64,000 bases of DNA from an uncultured Roseovarius sp. (GTDB lineage Bacteria; Pseudomonadota; Alphaproteobacteria; Rhodobacterales; Rhodobacteraceae): positions 174,228 to 238,227 of the forward strand of contig CAXMWV010000001.1 of the NCBI GenBank assembly GCA_963422235.2. The letters run 5' to 3'. This document shows positions 50,481 to 61,173 of the stretch, piece after piece (positions within the stretch are counted from its first letter, which is position 1; every line of letters begins with the position of its first letter). The notes beneath the pieces were generated by a model. The model was given only the letters and a program-made list of their open reading frames with translations. It did no database searches and had not been told where the DNA came from. The position numbers and the translations under genes are program-made.

Positions 50481-50827
50481 CGTACCGCCCGACGCGCCCC
50501 AAGCACCCGGGCTGATGCCGGATTTGCATAAAGGATCTGGCCATCCAATCCGGTGACAAAGGAGGCCGCCGGATCATGCTGCAGAAGGCGCGCAGGCATA
50601 CCAACCCGCAACATCAACCAACGCCGTGCAACGTAAGGCCCTGCGCAAAGCGCTACGCAGGCCAGAACCAGAACCGCCGACACCAATAAGAACGTCAGCT
50701 TGGCAAAGGCCACGGGCGACAAAACTGCCGCAGCCGCAAAAAGCATGGCCGCACCGAGGATGACTTTCACGCGCGGCCGCAGAACGGACACAGCGGTTTC
50801 GATTGGCATGGTTTCATGAACGGACAT
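50468..50827 (-). CDS. N-terminal fragment (two TM helices + start of a PAS domain), probably belonging to the downstream kinase
   Basis: 119-aa ORF. Hydrophobic segments VILGAAMLFAAAAVL and LTFLLVSAVLVLACVALCA, then FVTGLDGQILYANPASARVLGA. It stops 13 nt inside the kinase ORF in another frame. Confidence 0.6.
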   Translation of the reverse strand: MSVHETMPIETAVSVLRPRVKVILGAAMLFAAAAVLSPVAFAKLTFLLVSAVLVLACVALCAGPYVARRWLMLRVGMPARLLQHDPAASFVTGLDGQILYANPASARVLGARRAVRCVM

Positions 50828-50908
50828 GCGAACGCAGATGATCCCTTGCTGCGACCGGCATGCGGACCGGCCTTTTCTATGGCTCAGTCCGATTTTTCCG
50901 CAAATTCG

Positions 50909-50923
50909 TTAACCACAGATTAA
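50909..50923 (-). promoter_or_regulatory. CtrA box (TTAA-N7-TTAAC in gene orientation) upstream of the CckA-like gene
   Basis: The plus strand reads TTAACCACAGATTAA. The gene strand reads TTAATCTGTGGTTAAC. It lies 82-96 nt upstream of the ATG at 50827. Confidence 0.55.
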
Positions 50924-50971
50924 GAACGCGCCGTAGGCGCGAGGCGTTCGCGGTTCGGATGGGGCTCAACC

Positions 50972-52141
50972 CTACAACGCGGCACTCAGACAAGCGTAGT
51001 AAAACCCGTCACCCTGAGACGAGATCGGCCAACGCATCTCATCCTGCAACTGCCGGTCTGGATTTCTTGCTAGAAAACCCGTGATCTGGTCTTCGTTTTC
51101 GCGGTTAAGCACGGAACAGGTGCAGTAAACGATCTGTCCTTGCGGTGCGACAAGGGTCGTAGCATGCGCCAGTATCTCCTGTTGAAGGGACATCAGGCGC
51201 ACCAGGTCATCTGTGGACAGCCGCCACTTCGCGTCGGGCGTCCGCCGCCACGTGCCACTGCCGGAACAGGGCACGTCGCAGAGCACCACATCATAAGGGC
51301 CGTGCGGTTCAAGCTCTTCTTTAGAAAGGGTTTTCACCGATACACCCGCCCGCGTCGCACGCTCTGGCACGTCCGCCATGCGGTCGGGATTGGCGTCATA
51401 TGCATGCCAATTCGCGGATACCCGCGCAGCCAGTGCCAGGGTCTTGCCACCCCCACCTGCGCAAAGATCGAGCACGTTGTCGCCTTCTGTCACAGGGACA
51501 CGCGCCATGGCGGCCTGACTGCTGGCATCCTGTAACTCAACAAGGCCTTCCAGATAGGGCCCACTGTTTCGAATGCGCCGCGCGCCGTCTGTCACCAATA
51601 GGGCCGTATCGTGCGACGCACTGGGCGACGTGACAATCCCTTCTTTCGACAATATTTCAGCAGCTTGCGCTGCATTGCTCATCTTTTCATTGACACGCAA
51701 CGTGACTGGCGCGCGGTCTCGCAAGGCCTGTGCCTGTTCAAAAGCAACCTCGCCAAGGTCTTCGCAAAACGCATCCCACAACCAATCCGGAAGATCAGCT
51801 TGTTCGGCCACGGTTTGGGGAGGTCCCCCTGCCGCCTCTTCCTCAGGCGCAAGCGCTTCAGGCGCATGGCCCTCACCGGTGAACAGATCTTTTGTAGGGA
51901 CATCCTGCGCCCTCAGCGCCCCGACCATCAAGGACCGTCCGGTATCACCGCCACCAAGTGCCGCGTAGGACCGCCTGCATCGCAACGTCTGAAAGACGTG
52001 ATCACGTATTGCAGCCCGATCTTTCGATCCAGCATACCGCGCACCCCGCGCCCAACGTGTCAGGACTTTCTCAGCAGGTTGCCCGGTCAACACCTTATCA
52101 AGGACTTCAATGGCAGCGGAAACACGTGCGGCGGGCGTCAT
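50972..52141 (-). CDS. RsmB/NOP2/Sun family SAM-dependent RNA methyltransferase
   Basis: 389 aa. SAM-binding DLCAGGGGKT and catalytic region DVPCSGSGTWRR. Confidence 0.85.
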   Translation of the reverse strand: MTPAARVSAAIEVLDKVLTGQPAEKVLTRWARGARYAGSKDRAAIRDHVFQTLRCRRSYAALGGGDTGRSLMVGALRAQDVPTKDLFTGEGHAPEALAPEEEAAGGPPQTVAEQADLPDWLWDAFCEDLGEVAFEQAQALRDRAPVTLRVNEKMSNAAQAAEILSKEGIVTSPSASHDTALLVTDGARRIRNSGPYLEGLVELQDASSQAAMARVPVTEGDNVLDLCAGGGGKTLALAARVSANWHAYDANPDRMADVPERATRAGVSVKTLSKEELEPHGPYDVVLCDVPCSGSGTWRRTPDAKWRLSTDDLVRLMSLQQEILAHATTLVAPQGQIVYCTCSVLNRENEDQITGFLARNPDRQLQDEMRWPISSQGDGFYYACLSAAL

Positions 52142-52180
52142 AGCGCAACATCAGGTAGATCAGATATTATACTGATATTG

Positions 52181-53770
<1,590 letters not shown>

Positions 53771-53826
53771 TTAGGCTTGAAGTGTGACGAACGTTGCGGA
53801 CATCATATAATAGAAGAAGGAACGTC

Positions 53827-54597
53827 ATGGAGGATAGAATACTGTTTTTCTACCGTGCCTTTTTGGTTTGTCTTTGCCTGATCTTCGCATCGGATATCGG
53901 ACGGGCCGATGTTTTGCAGTTCTTCCCATCCACATCCATCCACGAAGATGACAGTGTATTCGGGGACTATGATCTGAAGGTTGATGGCTGCACCTTCGAA
54001 ATCACCAAGTTCTCCCCCAACCGAGAGATGCCGGACTATGTCAGGCAGTCAGTTGTCGATCTGTCGGCCTACATCACGCTTCCTCTAGTGGTGGGGTCAG
54101 CTGGCGGCACATATACCTCGCGCGTGAATACTATCTGGTTTGTGGAAGACCACCTCAAGCAAGAGATCAGTTCTCTGAGTTTCTCGCTTCAGGCAATGTC
54201 GGTTCCGGCGCTGCTGTTCAGCAAAACACGGAACGAGGACGACCTCGACCAATTACGTCAAGGCCTACGCGACAGGCTGGAGAAAATCCAAGCGGGCGAG
54301 TTCGGTGAATTTGCGCAAAAGAATCATTCAGTGTCCTATGAGGCCTCTGAACCGCAAAAGATAATCTCGGTTAGCGTAGGTCCGGCGTTTTACCTTCCCA
54401 GCAATGGCTGGGAGGCCGGGGCGTTGATCGAGGCGGTGTTTCAGCATCAACTTACGCATTGCCCGGAGATCATTGCCCGCGTGTTGGACAGGTTGGATCG
54501 AGTCGAGGATGGCAAGATTGACCCCCATTTTCTGGACGCGTTGAACTTGGAATATGATCCCACCATAAAACGTGTAACACCGAGAAATGAGCAATAG
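53827..54597 (+). CDS. Hypothetical exported protein (orphan, lower GC than its neighbours)
   Basis: Signal-like N-terminus MEDRILFFYRAFLVCLCLIFASDIGRA. GAAGAAGGA lies upstream. I recognised no family motifs. Confidence 0.55.
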   Translation: MEDRILFFYRAFLVCLCLIFASDIGRADVLQFFPSTSIHEDDSVFGDYDLKVDGCTFEITKFSPNREMPDYVRQSVVDLSAYITLPLVVGSAGGTYTSRVNTIWFVEDHLKQEISSLSFSLQAMSVPALLFSKTRNEDDLDQLRQGLRDRLEKIQAGEFGEFAQKNHSVSYEASEPQKIISVSVGPAFYLPSNGWEAGALIEAVFQHQLTHCPEIIARVLDRLDRVEDGKIDPHFLDALNLEYDPTIKRVTPRNEQ

Positions 54598-54626
54598 CGC
54601 TTAGAGACACGGCTAAGGAGCTTTGG

Positions 54627-55580
54627 ATGAGCGGACACGGATATGAAAGCGGGCGGCTGGATCTGCCCTTTGTGGGCATCTCGACATTCGGCAAGCGGCC
54701 CTATGTGGCGGACTGGGACGCGATAGAGGCCGATGTGGCGATCCTCGGCGCGCCGTTTGACTTTGGCACCCAGTGGCGCTCTGGCGCGCGGTTCGGGCCG
54801 CGGGGGGTGCGGGAAGCCTCGACGCTATTCAGCTTTGGCCATGCGGGGGCCTATGACCATGAAGACGACGCCATCTACCTGCCCGGAGACGTGCGCATCG
54901 TGGATATGGGGGATGCCGATATCGTCCACACCGACACCGTGAAGAGCCACGCCAACATTGAGGCGGGTGTGCGCGCCGCGCTCAAAGCCGGGGCGCTGCC
55001 GGTGGTGATCGGCGGGGATCACTCGGTGAATATCCCGTGTGTGAACGCCTTTGAGGGTCAGGGCGACATTCACATCCTGCAAATTGATGCGCATCTCGAT
55101 TTTGTTGATGAGCGTCATGGCGTTCGCTTCGGCCATGGCAACCCGATGCGGCGGGCAGCGGAGAAACCTTACGTCACCGGCCTGACCCAGCTGGGCATCC
55201 GCAATGTCAGCTCCACCGCCAAGGAAGGGTATGACGATGCGCGCGCCATGGGTTCGGACATTCTGTCCGTACGCCAGATGCGCAAGCTTGGACCGAAAGC
55301 GATTGCGTCTCGCCTGCCCAAGGGCGCGCGTGTTTACATCACCATCGACATCGACGCCTTCTGCCCGTCCATCGCCCCGGGGACCGGCACGCCCAGCCAT
55401 GGCGGATTTCTCTACTACGACGTGCTGGAAATCCTGCAGGAAGTCGCACGCACGCATGAGGTGGTGGGGATTGATCTGGTCGAAGTGGCCCCGGATTATG
55501 ACCCAACGGGGAGTACGTCGATATTGGCGGCTCAGGTGTTGTTGAATTTGCTGGGGTTCATCTTTCACGCGCGTGGGTAG
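54627..55580 (+). CDS. Agmatinase / ureohydrolase (arginase) family protein
   Basis: Mn-binding motifs GGDHSV, QIDAHLDF and TIDIDAFCPSIAPGTGTPSHGG. Confidence 0.88.
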   Translation: MSGHGYESGRLDLPFVGISTFGKRPYVADWDAIEADVAILGAPFDFGTQWRSGARFGPRGVREASTLFSFGHAGAYDHEDDAIYLPGDVRIVDMGDADIVHTDTVKSHANIEAGVRAALKAGALPVVIGGDHSVNIPCVNAFEGQGDIHILQIDAHLDFVDERHGVRFGHGNPMRRAAEKPYVTGLTQLGIRNVSSTAKEGYDDARAMGSDILSVRQMRKLGPKAIASRLPKGARVYITIDIDAFCPSIAPGTGTPSHGGFLYYDVLEILQEVARTHEVVGIDLVEVAPDYDPTGSTSILAAQVLLNLLGFIFHARG

Positions 55581-55651
55581 GATGCGCTTTAGATTCTATG
55601 CCTCCGGCGGGGATATATTTTAGCCAGAAGAAACACAGGATCAGTCTTTAA

Positions 55652-57550
55652 CTACATTTGGTCGGTGAGCAATTGTAGTACCAGAGCTTCGATATCGGCG
55701 GCGGTCAGGCCTGCGGAGGCGTACATGTCGGCGGGGCTGGCATGGTCGATGTAGTGATCGGGCAAGACCATGGAGCGGAATTTGAAGCCGCCGTCGAAGA
55801 CGCCCGACTGCGCAAGGAACTGCGCCACGTGACTGCCAAACCCGCCGACGGAGCCTTCCTCGATGGTGATGAGGGCCTCGTGGTGTGAGACAAGGTCCAA
55901 AACGAGCGCCTCATCCAACGGTTTGGCGAAACGTGCGTCGGCGATCGTGGGTGATATATATTTGGATTCAAGAGCTTCTGCGGCTTTCCTCACTTCATTC
56001 AAGCGCGTACCGAAGGAAAGGATAGCGACGCGTTCGCCCTCTTTCACAACGCGTCCTTTGCCGATATCCAGCACCTCGGCCACGTCGGGCATGTCGACAC
56101 CCGTCCCCTCGCCCCTCGGATACCGGAAGGCAATCGGCCCGGCATCATGGGCAACGGCGGTCGCCACCATGTGCTTCAACTCCGCCTCGTCCGCCGCCGC
56201 CATGACCACCATGCCCGGCAGGCAACTGAGATAGGCCACATCGAAAGCGCCTGCATGGGTCGCACCGTCCGCCCCCACAAGCCCCGCACGGTCAATGGGG
56301 AAGCGCACGGGCAGGTTCTGGATTGCAACGTCATGGATCAACTGGTCATACCCGCGCTGCAGGAAGGTGGAATAGAGCGCGCAGAAGGGTTTCATCCCCC
56401 CCGCCGCGAGCCCAGCGGCAAAGGTCACGGCGTGCTGTTCGGCGATGCCTACGTCAAAGCAGCGGTCGGGATGCGCCTCGGCGAAAAGATCAAGGCCTGT
56501 ACCATCGGGCATCGCGGCGGTAATGGCGCAGATCTTGTCGTCGCGCGCCGCCAGATCGGTCAGGATTTCGGCAAAGACCTTGGTGTAGTTGGGCGCATTT
56601 GATCGGGCTTTGCGCTGCTCGCCGGTACGCACATCGAACTTGGCGCGTGAGTGGCCCGCGTCGCGGGATTGCTCTGCCGGGGGATAGCCTTTGCCTTTGC
56701 GCGTGATGACATGGATCAGGGTCGGCCCCGTGGCGCGGTCCTGGACTGTGCGCAAAACGGGAAGCAGCTGATCCATGTCATGGCCGTCTATGGGGCCAAT
56801 GTAGGAAAATCCCAATTCTTCGAATATCTTGCCACCAAAAGCTGATGTGGATTGGGTAAGGTCTTCGTCCTGCACATCGGGGGGCAAAAGCTGTGCTGCC
56901 GCCTTAGCAGCAACATCCAGCCCCTCCTTCGCTTGCTTGTCAAAAAGCCGCGACAGATAGGCTGACATCGCGCCCACGGGCGGTGCAATCGACATCTCAT
57001 TGTCGTTCAAGATCACGATCAGCCGCTGTTTAAGGTGACCCGCGTTGTTCATCGCCTCAAAGGCCTGGCCTGCGCTCATCGCCCCGTCGCCGATGACGGC
57101 GATGGCGTCTCCTAGCCCCGCGTCACAGTCGCCCCCCAATTCGCGGGCCAGGGCAAACCCCAGGGCGGCACTGATGGATGTCGACGAATGCCCTGCTCCA
57201 AACGGATCATAAGGCGACTCGGACCGCTTGGTAAACCCGCTCAGGCCTCCCTTTTGGCGCAAAGACAGCATCCGATCCCGCCGCCCGGTGAGGATCTTGT
57301 GTGGATAGCACTGATGGCTCACATCCCAGATGATCTTGTCGCGGGGGGCCTCGAACACCGCATGCAACGCAACGGTCAGTTCGACAACACCAAGCCCGGC
57401 CCCAAGATGCCCGCCTGTCTGGGACACAATCGAAATCGTCTCCGCCCGCAATTCATCCGCCAGCTGCCGCAGCTGATCATCGCTGAGGCACTTGAGGTCG
57501 GCCGGTGCGGACACTTGGTCGAGCAAGGGCGTGTGCGGGCGGTCTGACAC
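55652..57550 (-). CDS. dxs: 1-deoxy-D-xylulose-5-phosphate synthase
   Basis: [18 protein letters not shown] and the ThDP motif [18 protein letters not shown]. 632 aa. Confidence 0.95.
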   Translation of the reverse strand: MSDRPHTPLLDQVSAPADLKCLSDDQLRQLADELRAETISIVSQTGGHLGAGLGVVELTVALHAVFEAPRDKIIWDVSHQCYPHKILTGRRDRMLSLRQKGGLSGFTKRSESPYDPFGAGHSSTSISAALGFALARELGGDCDAGLGDAIAVIGDGAMSAGQAFEAMNNAGHLKQRLIVILNDNEMSIAPPVGAMSAYLSRLFDKQAKEGLDVAAKAAAQLLPPDVQDEDLTQSTSAFGGKIFEELGFSYIGPIDGHDMDQLLPVLRTVQDRATGPTLIHVITRKGKGYPPAEQSRDAGHSRAKFDVRTGEQRKARSNAPNYTKVFAEILTDLAARDDKICAITAAMPDGTGLDLFAEAHPDRCFDVGIAEQHAVTFAAGLAAGGMKPFCALYSTFLQRGYDQLIHDVAIQNLPVRFPIDRAGLVGADGATHAGAFDVAYLSCLPGMVVMAAADEAELKHMVATAVAHDAGPIAFRYPRGEGTGVDMPDVAEVLDIGKGRVVKEGERVAILSFGTRLNEVRKAAEALESKYISPTIADARFAKPLDEALVLDLVSHHEALITIEEGSVGGFGSHVAQFLAQSGVFDGGFKFRSMVLPDHYIDHASPADMYASAGLTAADIEALVLQLLTDQM

Positions 57551-57574
57551 CGGGTGGTCCTCACGTTGCGTGGA

Positions 57575-58438
57575 TCAGGAGGTCCGCGACACCACGAATT
57601 GCGCCAGATTGCGCAGGGCGTCGGCCTCCCGCCCGTAAACTGATAGAGCGTCTGAGGCCTCTTCCGCAAGGGCGCGGGCACGGGCTTTGGCGGTGTCGAG
57701 GCCCAGAAGCGAAACGAAGGTGGCTTTGCCAGCTTCAGCGTCCTTGCCTACGGCTTTGCCGACAGCGCTTTCATCCCCGATCACGTCGATGATGTCGTCA
57801 CGTACCTGGAATGCCAGGCCGAGGGCGCGGGCGTAGGTCTCCAACGGGCCGGTGTCGGCCTGAGCCATGCGCGGGCCTGCGGTGGCGGCCCAGACGATCA
57901 GTGCGCCTGTTTTGCCATCCTGCAATTTTGTGATCTCATCCAGGGTGAGCGGTGTGTCCGCTGTTTCCGCCGCGATATCAAGGGCCTGGCCCAGGACCAT
58001 GCCCTGCCCGCCAGCGGCACGCGCCAGGGTCAGGGCCAACTCAGCCCGAGCTGCAGCGGTTTCGGCCCCGTCCGGGTGCGCGGCCAATTCAAACGCGAGA
58101 GCTTGCAGCGCATCGCCCACCAACACGGCCGTCCCTTCATCCCACTTCACATGCACCGTGGGCTGACCCCGACGCAGATCATCATCATCCATGCAGGGCA
58201 GATCGTCATGAACAAGGGAATAGGCGTGCATCGCTTCAATCGCGCAGGCAGGCCAGATCGCCCGCTCAAGCGTCACATTGTGCAGCCGCGCCCCTTCGGC
58301 CACCATCATCGCGCGGATACGTTTGCCGCCCGAGACCGCGTATCGCATGCCTTGAGCAACGTTCGTGTCACCAAAGCCTGACAAAACCGTTTCAAAATGC
58401 GCCTCTACCCGGGCGCGCAGGTCGTCGGCGTCAAACAA
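57575..58438 (-). CDS. ispA: Polyprenyl synthetase (farnesyl/geranylgeranyl diphosphate synthase)
   Basis: Asp-rich motifs LVHDDLPCMDDDDLRRG and FQVRDDIID. xseB-ispA-dxs order. Confidence 0.85.
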   Translation of the reverse strand: MFDADDLRARVEAHFETVLSGFGDTNVAQGMRYAVSGGKRIRAMMVAEGARLHNVTLERAIWPACAIEAMHAYSLVHDDLPCMDDDDLRRGQPTVHVKWDEGTAVLVGDALQALAFELAAHPDGAETAAARAELALTLARAAGGQGMVLGQALDIAAETADTPLTLDEITKLQDGKTGALIVWAATAGPRMAQADTGPLETYARALGLAFQVRDDIIDVIGDESAVGKAVGKDAEAGKATFVSLLGLDTAKARARALAEEASDALSVYGREADALRNLAQFVVSRTS

Positions 58439-58441
58439 AGT

Positions 58442-58684
58442 CTAAAGCCCCTGAACGGGCGTCGTCCCGGTGGGCGCGCCATCGCCATCGAGGTTCAGCT
58501 GCGCCACTTTCTCTTCGGCCTCTTTCAGCTTGGTTTCGCAGCGTTTTTTCAGCTCCGCGCCCCGTTCATATAGCGCAATGGAGGCATCCAGTGCGACGTC
58601 CCCGCGATCCAACTGAGCCACAACTTGCTCCAACTCCTGCATCGCTTCTTCGAACGACATCTTTGCCACAGGTTTTTCCGACAT
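58442..58684 (-). CDS. xseB: Exodeoxyribonuclease VII small subunit
   Basis: 80 aa. SFEEAMQELEQVVAQLDRGDVALDASIALYERG is typical of XseB. The long ORF reaching 59293 was rejected. Confidence 0.88.
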   Translation of the reverse strand: MSEKPVAKMSFEEAMQELEQVVAQLDRGDVALDASIALYERGAELKKRCETKLKEAEEKVAQLNLDGDGAPTGTTPVQGL

Positions 58685-58789
58685 GTTCCGCCTCAATAGT
58701 CCAAGGGTTTCGACCGTCACCTTAGACGCAGGCTGCCAGAGGTTCAATTCGTGTTGACGGCTGCCGTGCAAGGCTGACAGGGTGCGGCC

Positions 58790-59752
58790 ATGGCAGGCAC
58801 GTCCGACAAAATTCCCGACCTTGAGGCCGTGGCAGACCTGATGCAGCGTGCGGAGGCGGCATCCGCCGATGTGCCAGAGCTGAAGGCCCTCGAACTGGAC
58901 GAAGTGCTGCGCGTTATTGGCGGCAAACGGGCGATTTTCACAGGGCGCTTCAACGGCCGGCCCGCCATCCATCGGTTTTACATGGACGAGCCCCGCGCCT
59001 ACGCCAAACGCGATTGGGAGGAACTGAATCGCACATGGCCTTACATGTCCTCTGGCCCCTACCGCGTGAACAGGCCGCTGTTTCACTACCCTGATCTGGG
59101 TCTGATCGTGGTCAAGCGAGTCTCCGGCAAGCCGATGTTGGAGGCCGTCTGGCAATCCGAAAAGGAAGACCGCGCGGCCTTTATGCCCGAGGCCGTGAAG
59201 TGGTTGCGCCACTACACGCAACCGACAGAGACGCGACGGGCCGCGCGCGCGTCGTCCTGGCTGACCAAAGCCGAAAAACGCATGGACAAACAAGCCTTTG
59301 CCCGCTTGCGCCCGATGCTGGCCAGCCTGCAGGCCGAATTACATCGTCTGGTGCCCGCACTGGACGGGCAAAACTGGCGCATCGCCATCAGTCATGGCGA
59401 TTTTCACCCCAACAACCTACTGGTCGCAGACGGCATCCTGACCGGTATAGACACTGGCGGGTCGGCCCGGTTGCCGATCTACAAAGACATGGCGCGGTTT
59501 CTGGCGCATATGGGGCGGCGCGGCTTGCATCCGTCCGAGACGGCGCGGTTTGGAGTGGATGCCGCGACCTTTGATCACTTTGTGCAAGAGTTCGAGCTGG
59601 ACGCGGTTGAGCGCGAGATCTGGCTGCCCTTCATGATAGGCATTGAGGCCCTGCTGCGGGTGGAAACCGCCGGATTGTCACGATCCCGCGTGCGCCGCGC
59701 ACAGATGTTTTTCGAAACCTTGCTGGATGACCTGCGCAGCATTGATGTCTGA
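58790..59752 (+). CDS. Phosphotransferase (APH/choline-kinase-like protein kinase fold), hypothetical substrate
   Basis: Catalytic loop ISHGDFHPNNLLV followed by GIDTG (a DxG-type metal-binding motif). Confidence 0.65.
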   Translation: MAGTSDKIPDLEAVADLMQRAEAASADVPELKALELDEVLRVIGGKRAIFTGRFNGRPAIHRFYMDEPRAYAKRDWEELNRTWPYMSSGPYRVNRPLFHYPDLGLIVVKRVSGKPMLEAVWQSEKEDRAAFMPEAVKWLRHYTQPTETRRAARASSWLTKAEKRMDKQAFARLRPMLASLQAELHRLVPALDGQNWRIAISHGDFHPNNLLVADGILTGIDTGGSARLPIYKDMARFLAHMGRRGLHPSETARFGVDAATFDHFVQEFELDAVEREIWLPFMIGIEALLRVETAGLSRSRVRRAQMFFETLLDDLRSIDV

Positions 59753-59845
59753 ACCGCCGTCAAAGGACGCGTCTTTCAAAGCCCTGACCTTCCCTTTATC
59801 CTGTCCAAGACAACGTCCCACAGCGCGCGACAGAGGACAGCCAGG

Positions 59846-61165
59846 ATGAACCACGTATTCCCCCGAAATTCCAAAAACCCGCCCCCAAAGATCAAACGCG
59901 GTGACGGGGCGTATCTAATTGATGATGCAGGAAAATCCTATCTCAACTGCGGGGATGCGGCAGTGTCGTGTCTGGGTCATGGCGACCCTCATGTTACGCA
60001 AGCCATCAAGGACCAGCTTGACGACGTGGCCTTTGCCCATACCGGGTTCTTCACCTCGGAGCCGGCGGAAGCACTGGCCGACAAGCTGGTCGAGAATGCG
60101 CCAGCGGGTCTGGACCGCGTCTATTTTGTCTCCGGCGGGTCAGAGGCGATGGAGGCCGCGCTGAAGCTGGCGCGGCAATACTATCTGGAAGTGGGCCAAC
60201 CCGACCGTCATCGCGTCATTGCGCGGCGGCAAAGCTATCATGGCAATACGCTGGGTGCGCTGGCGATTGGCGGCAACGCGTGGCGGCGCGCGCAGTTTTC
60301 GCCTTTGCTGATCGATGTCAGCCACGTCTCCCCCTGCTATGCCTATCGCGGGCAGGAGGAAGGTGAGACGGATGCGTCTTACGTGGATCGGTTGATCGTT
60401 GAGCTAGAGGCGGAAATTGAGCGCCTTGGCCCGGAAAGCGTAATGGCCTTCGTGGCGGAACCGGTGGTGGGTGCGACTTTGGGGGCGGTACCGGCTGTCG
60501 GTGACTATTTCACCCGCGTGCGCGAAGTTTGCGATAAGCATGGTATTCTGCTGATCCTCGACGAAGTGATGTGCGGCATGGGTCGGACCGGCACGCTTTT
60601 CGCCTGCGAACAGCATGGCGTCAGCCCCGACATTTGCGCCATCGCGAAGGGCCTTGGCGCAGGCTATCAACCGGTGGGCGCGATGTTGTGCACGGCTCAG
60701 ATTTACGACGCCATCGAAGGTGGCTCTGGTTTTTTTCAGCATGGACATACCTATCTGGGCCACCCTGTCGCCTGCGCGGCGGCATTGGCGGTGTTGGAAC
60801 GTCTGGTGGATCAGGGTGTTGTTGACCGCGTTCATGGCCTGGGGGACAAGCTGCGCGTGGCGTTGACAGAACGGCTGGGCCAGCATCCGAATGTGGGGGA
60901 TATCCGAGGGGTGGGCCTCTTCCAAGGGGTCGAGTTCGTGGCGGACCGGGAAACGAAGGCGCCGCTTGATCCGTCCCTGAAAACCAACGCCAAACTGAAG
61001 GCCGCTGCGTTGCAGGAAGGTCTGATCTGTTACCCCATGGGCGGGACGATCGACGGCAAGCACGGGGATCACGTTTTGGTCGCCCCGCCGTTTATCTTGG
61101 AAGATTCGCAGGTGGAGGAGTTGGCCGACAAGCTGACAGCCGCCGTCAACCGCGTGCTGACCTAG
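59846..61165 (+). CDS. Class III (omega) PLP-dependent aminotransferase family protein
   Basis: 439 aa. SGGSEAMEAALKLARQY, LILDEVMCGMGRTG and AKGLGAGYQP motifs. Confidence 0.88.
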   Translation: MNHVFPRNSKNPPPKIKRGDGAYLIDDAGKSYLNCGDAAVSCLGHGDPHVTQAIKDQLDDVAFAHTGFFTSEPAEALADKLVENAPAGLDRVYFVSGGSEAMEAALKLARQYYLEVGQPDRHRVIARRQSYHGNTLGALAIGGNAWRRAQFSPLLIDVSHVSPCYAYRGQEEGETDASYVDRLIVELEAEIERLGPESVMAFVAEPVVGATLGAVPAVGDYFTRVREVCDKHGILLILDEVMCGMGRTGTLFACEQHGVSPDICAIAKGLGAGYQPVGAMLCTAQIYDAIEGGSGFFQHGHTYLGHPVACAAALAVLERLVDQGVVDRVHGLGDKLRVALTERLGQHPNVGDIRGVGLFQGVEFVADRETKAPLDPSLKTNAKLKAAALQEGLICYPMGGTIDGKHGDHVLVAPPFILEDSQVEELADKLTAAVNRVLT

Positions 61166-61173
61166 AGCCCGGG

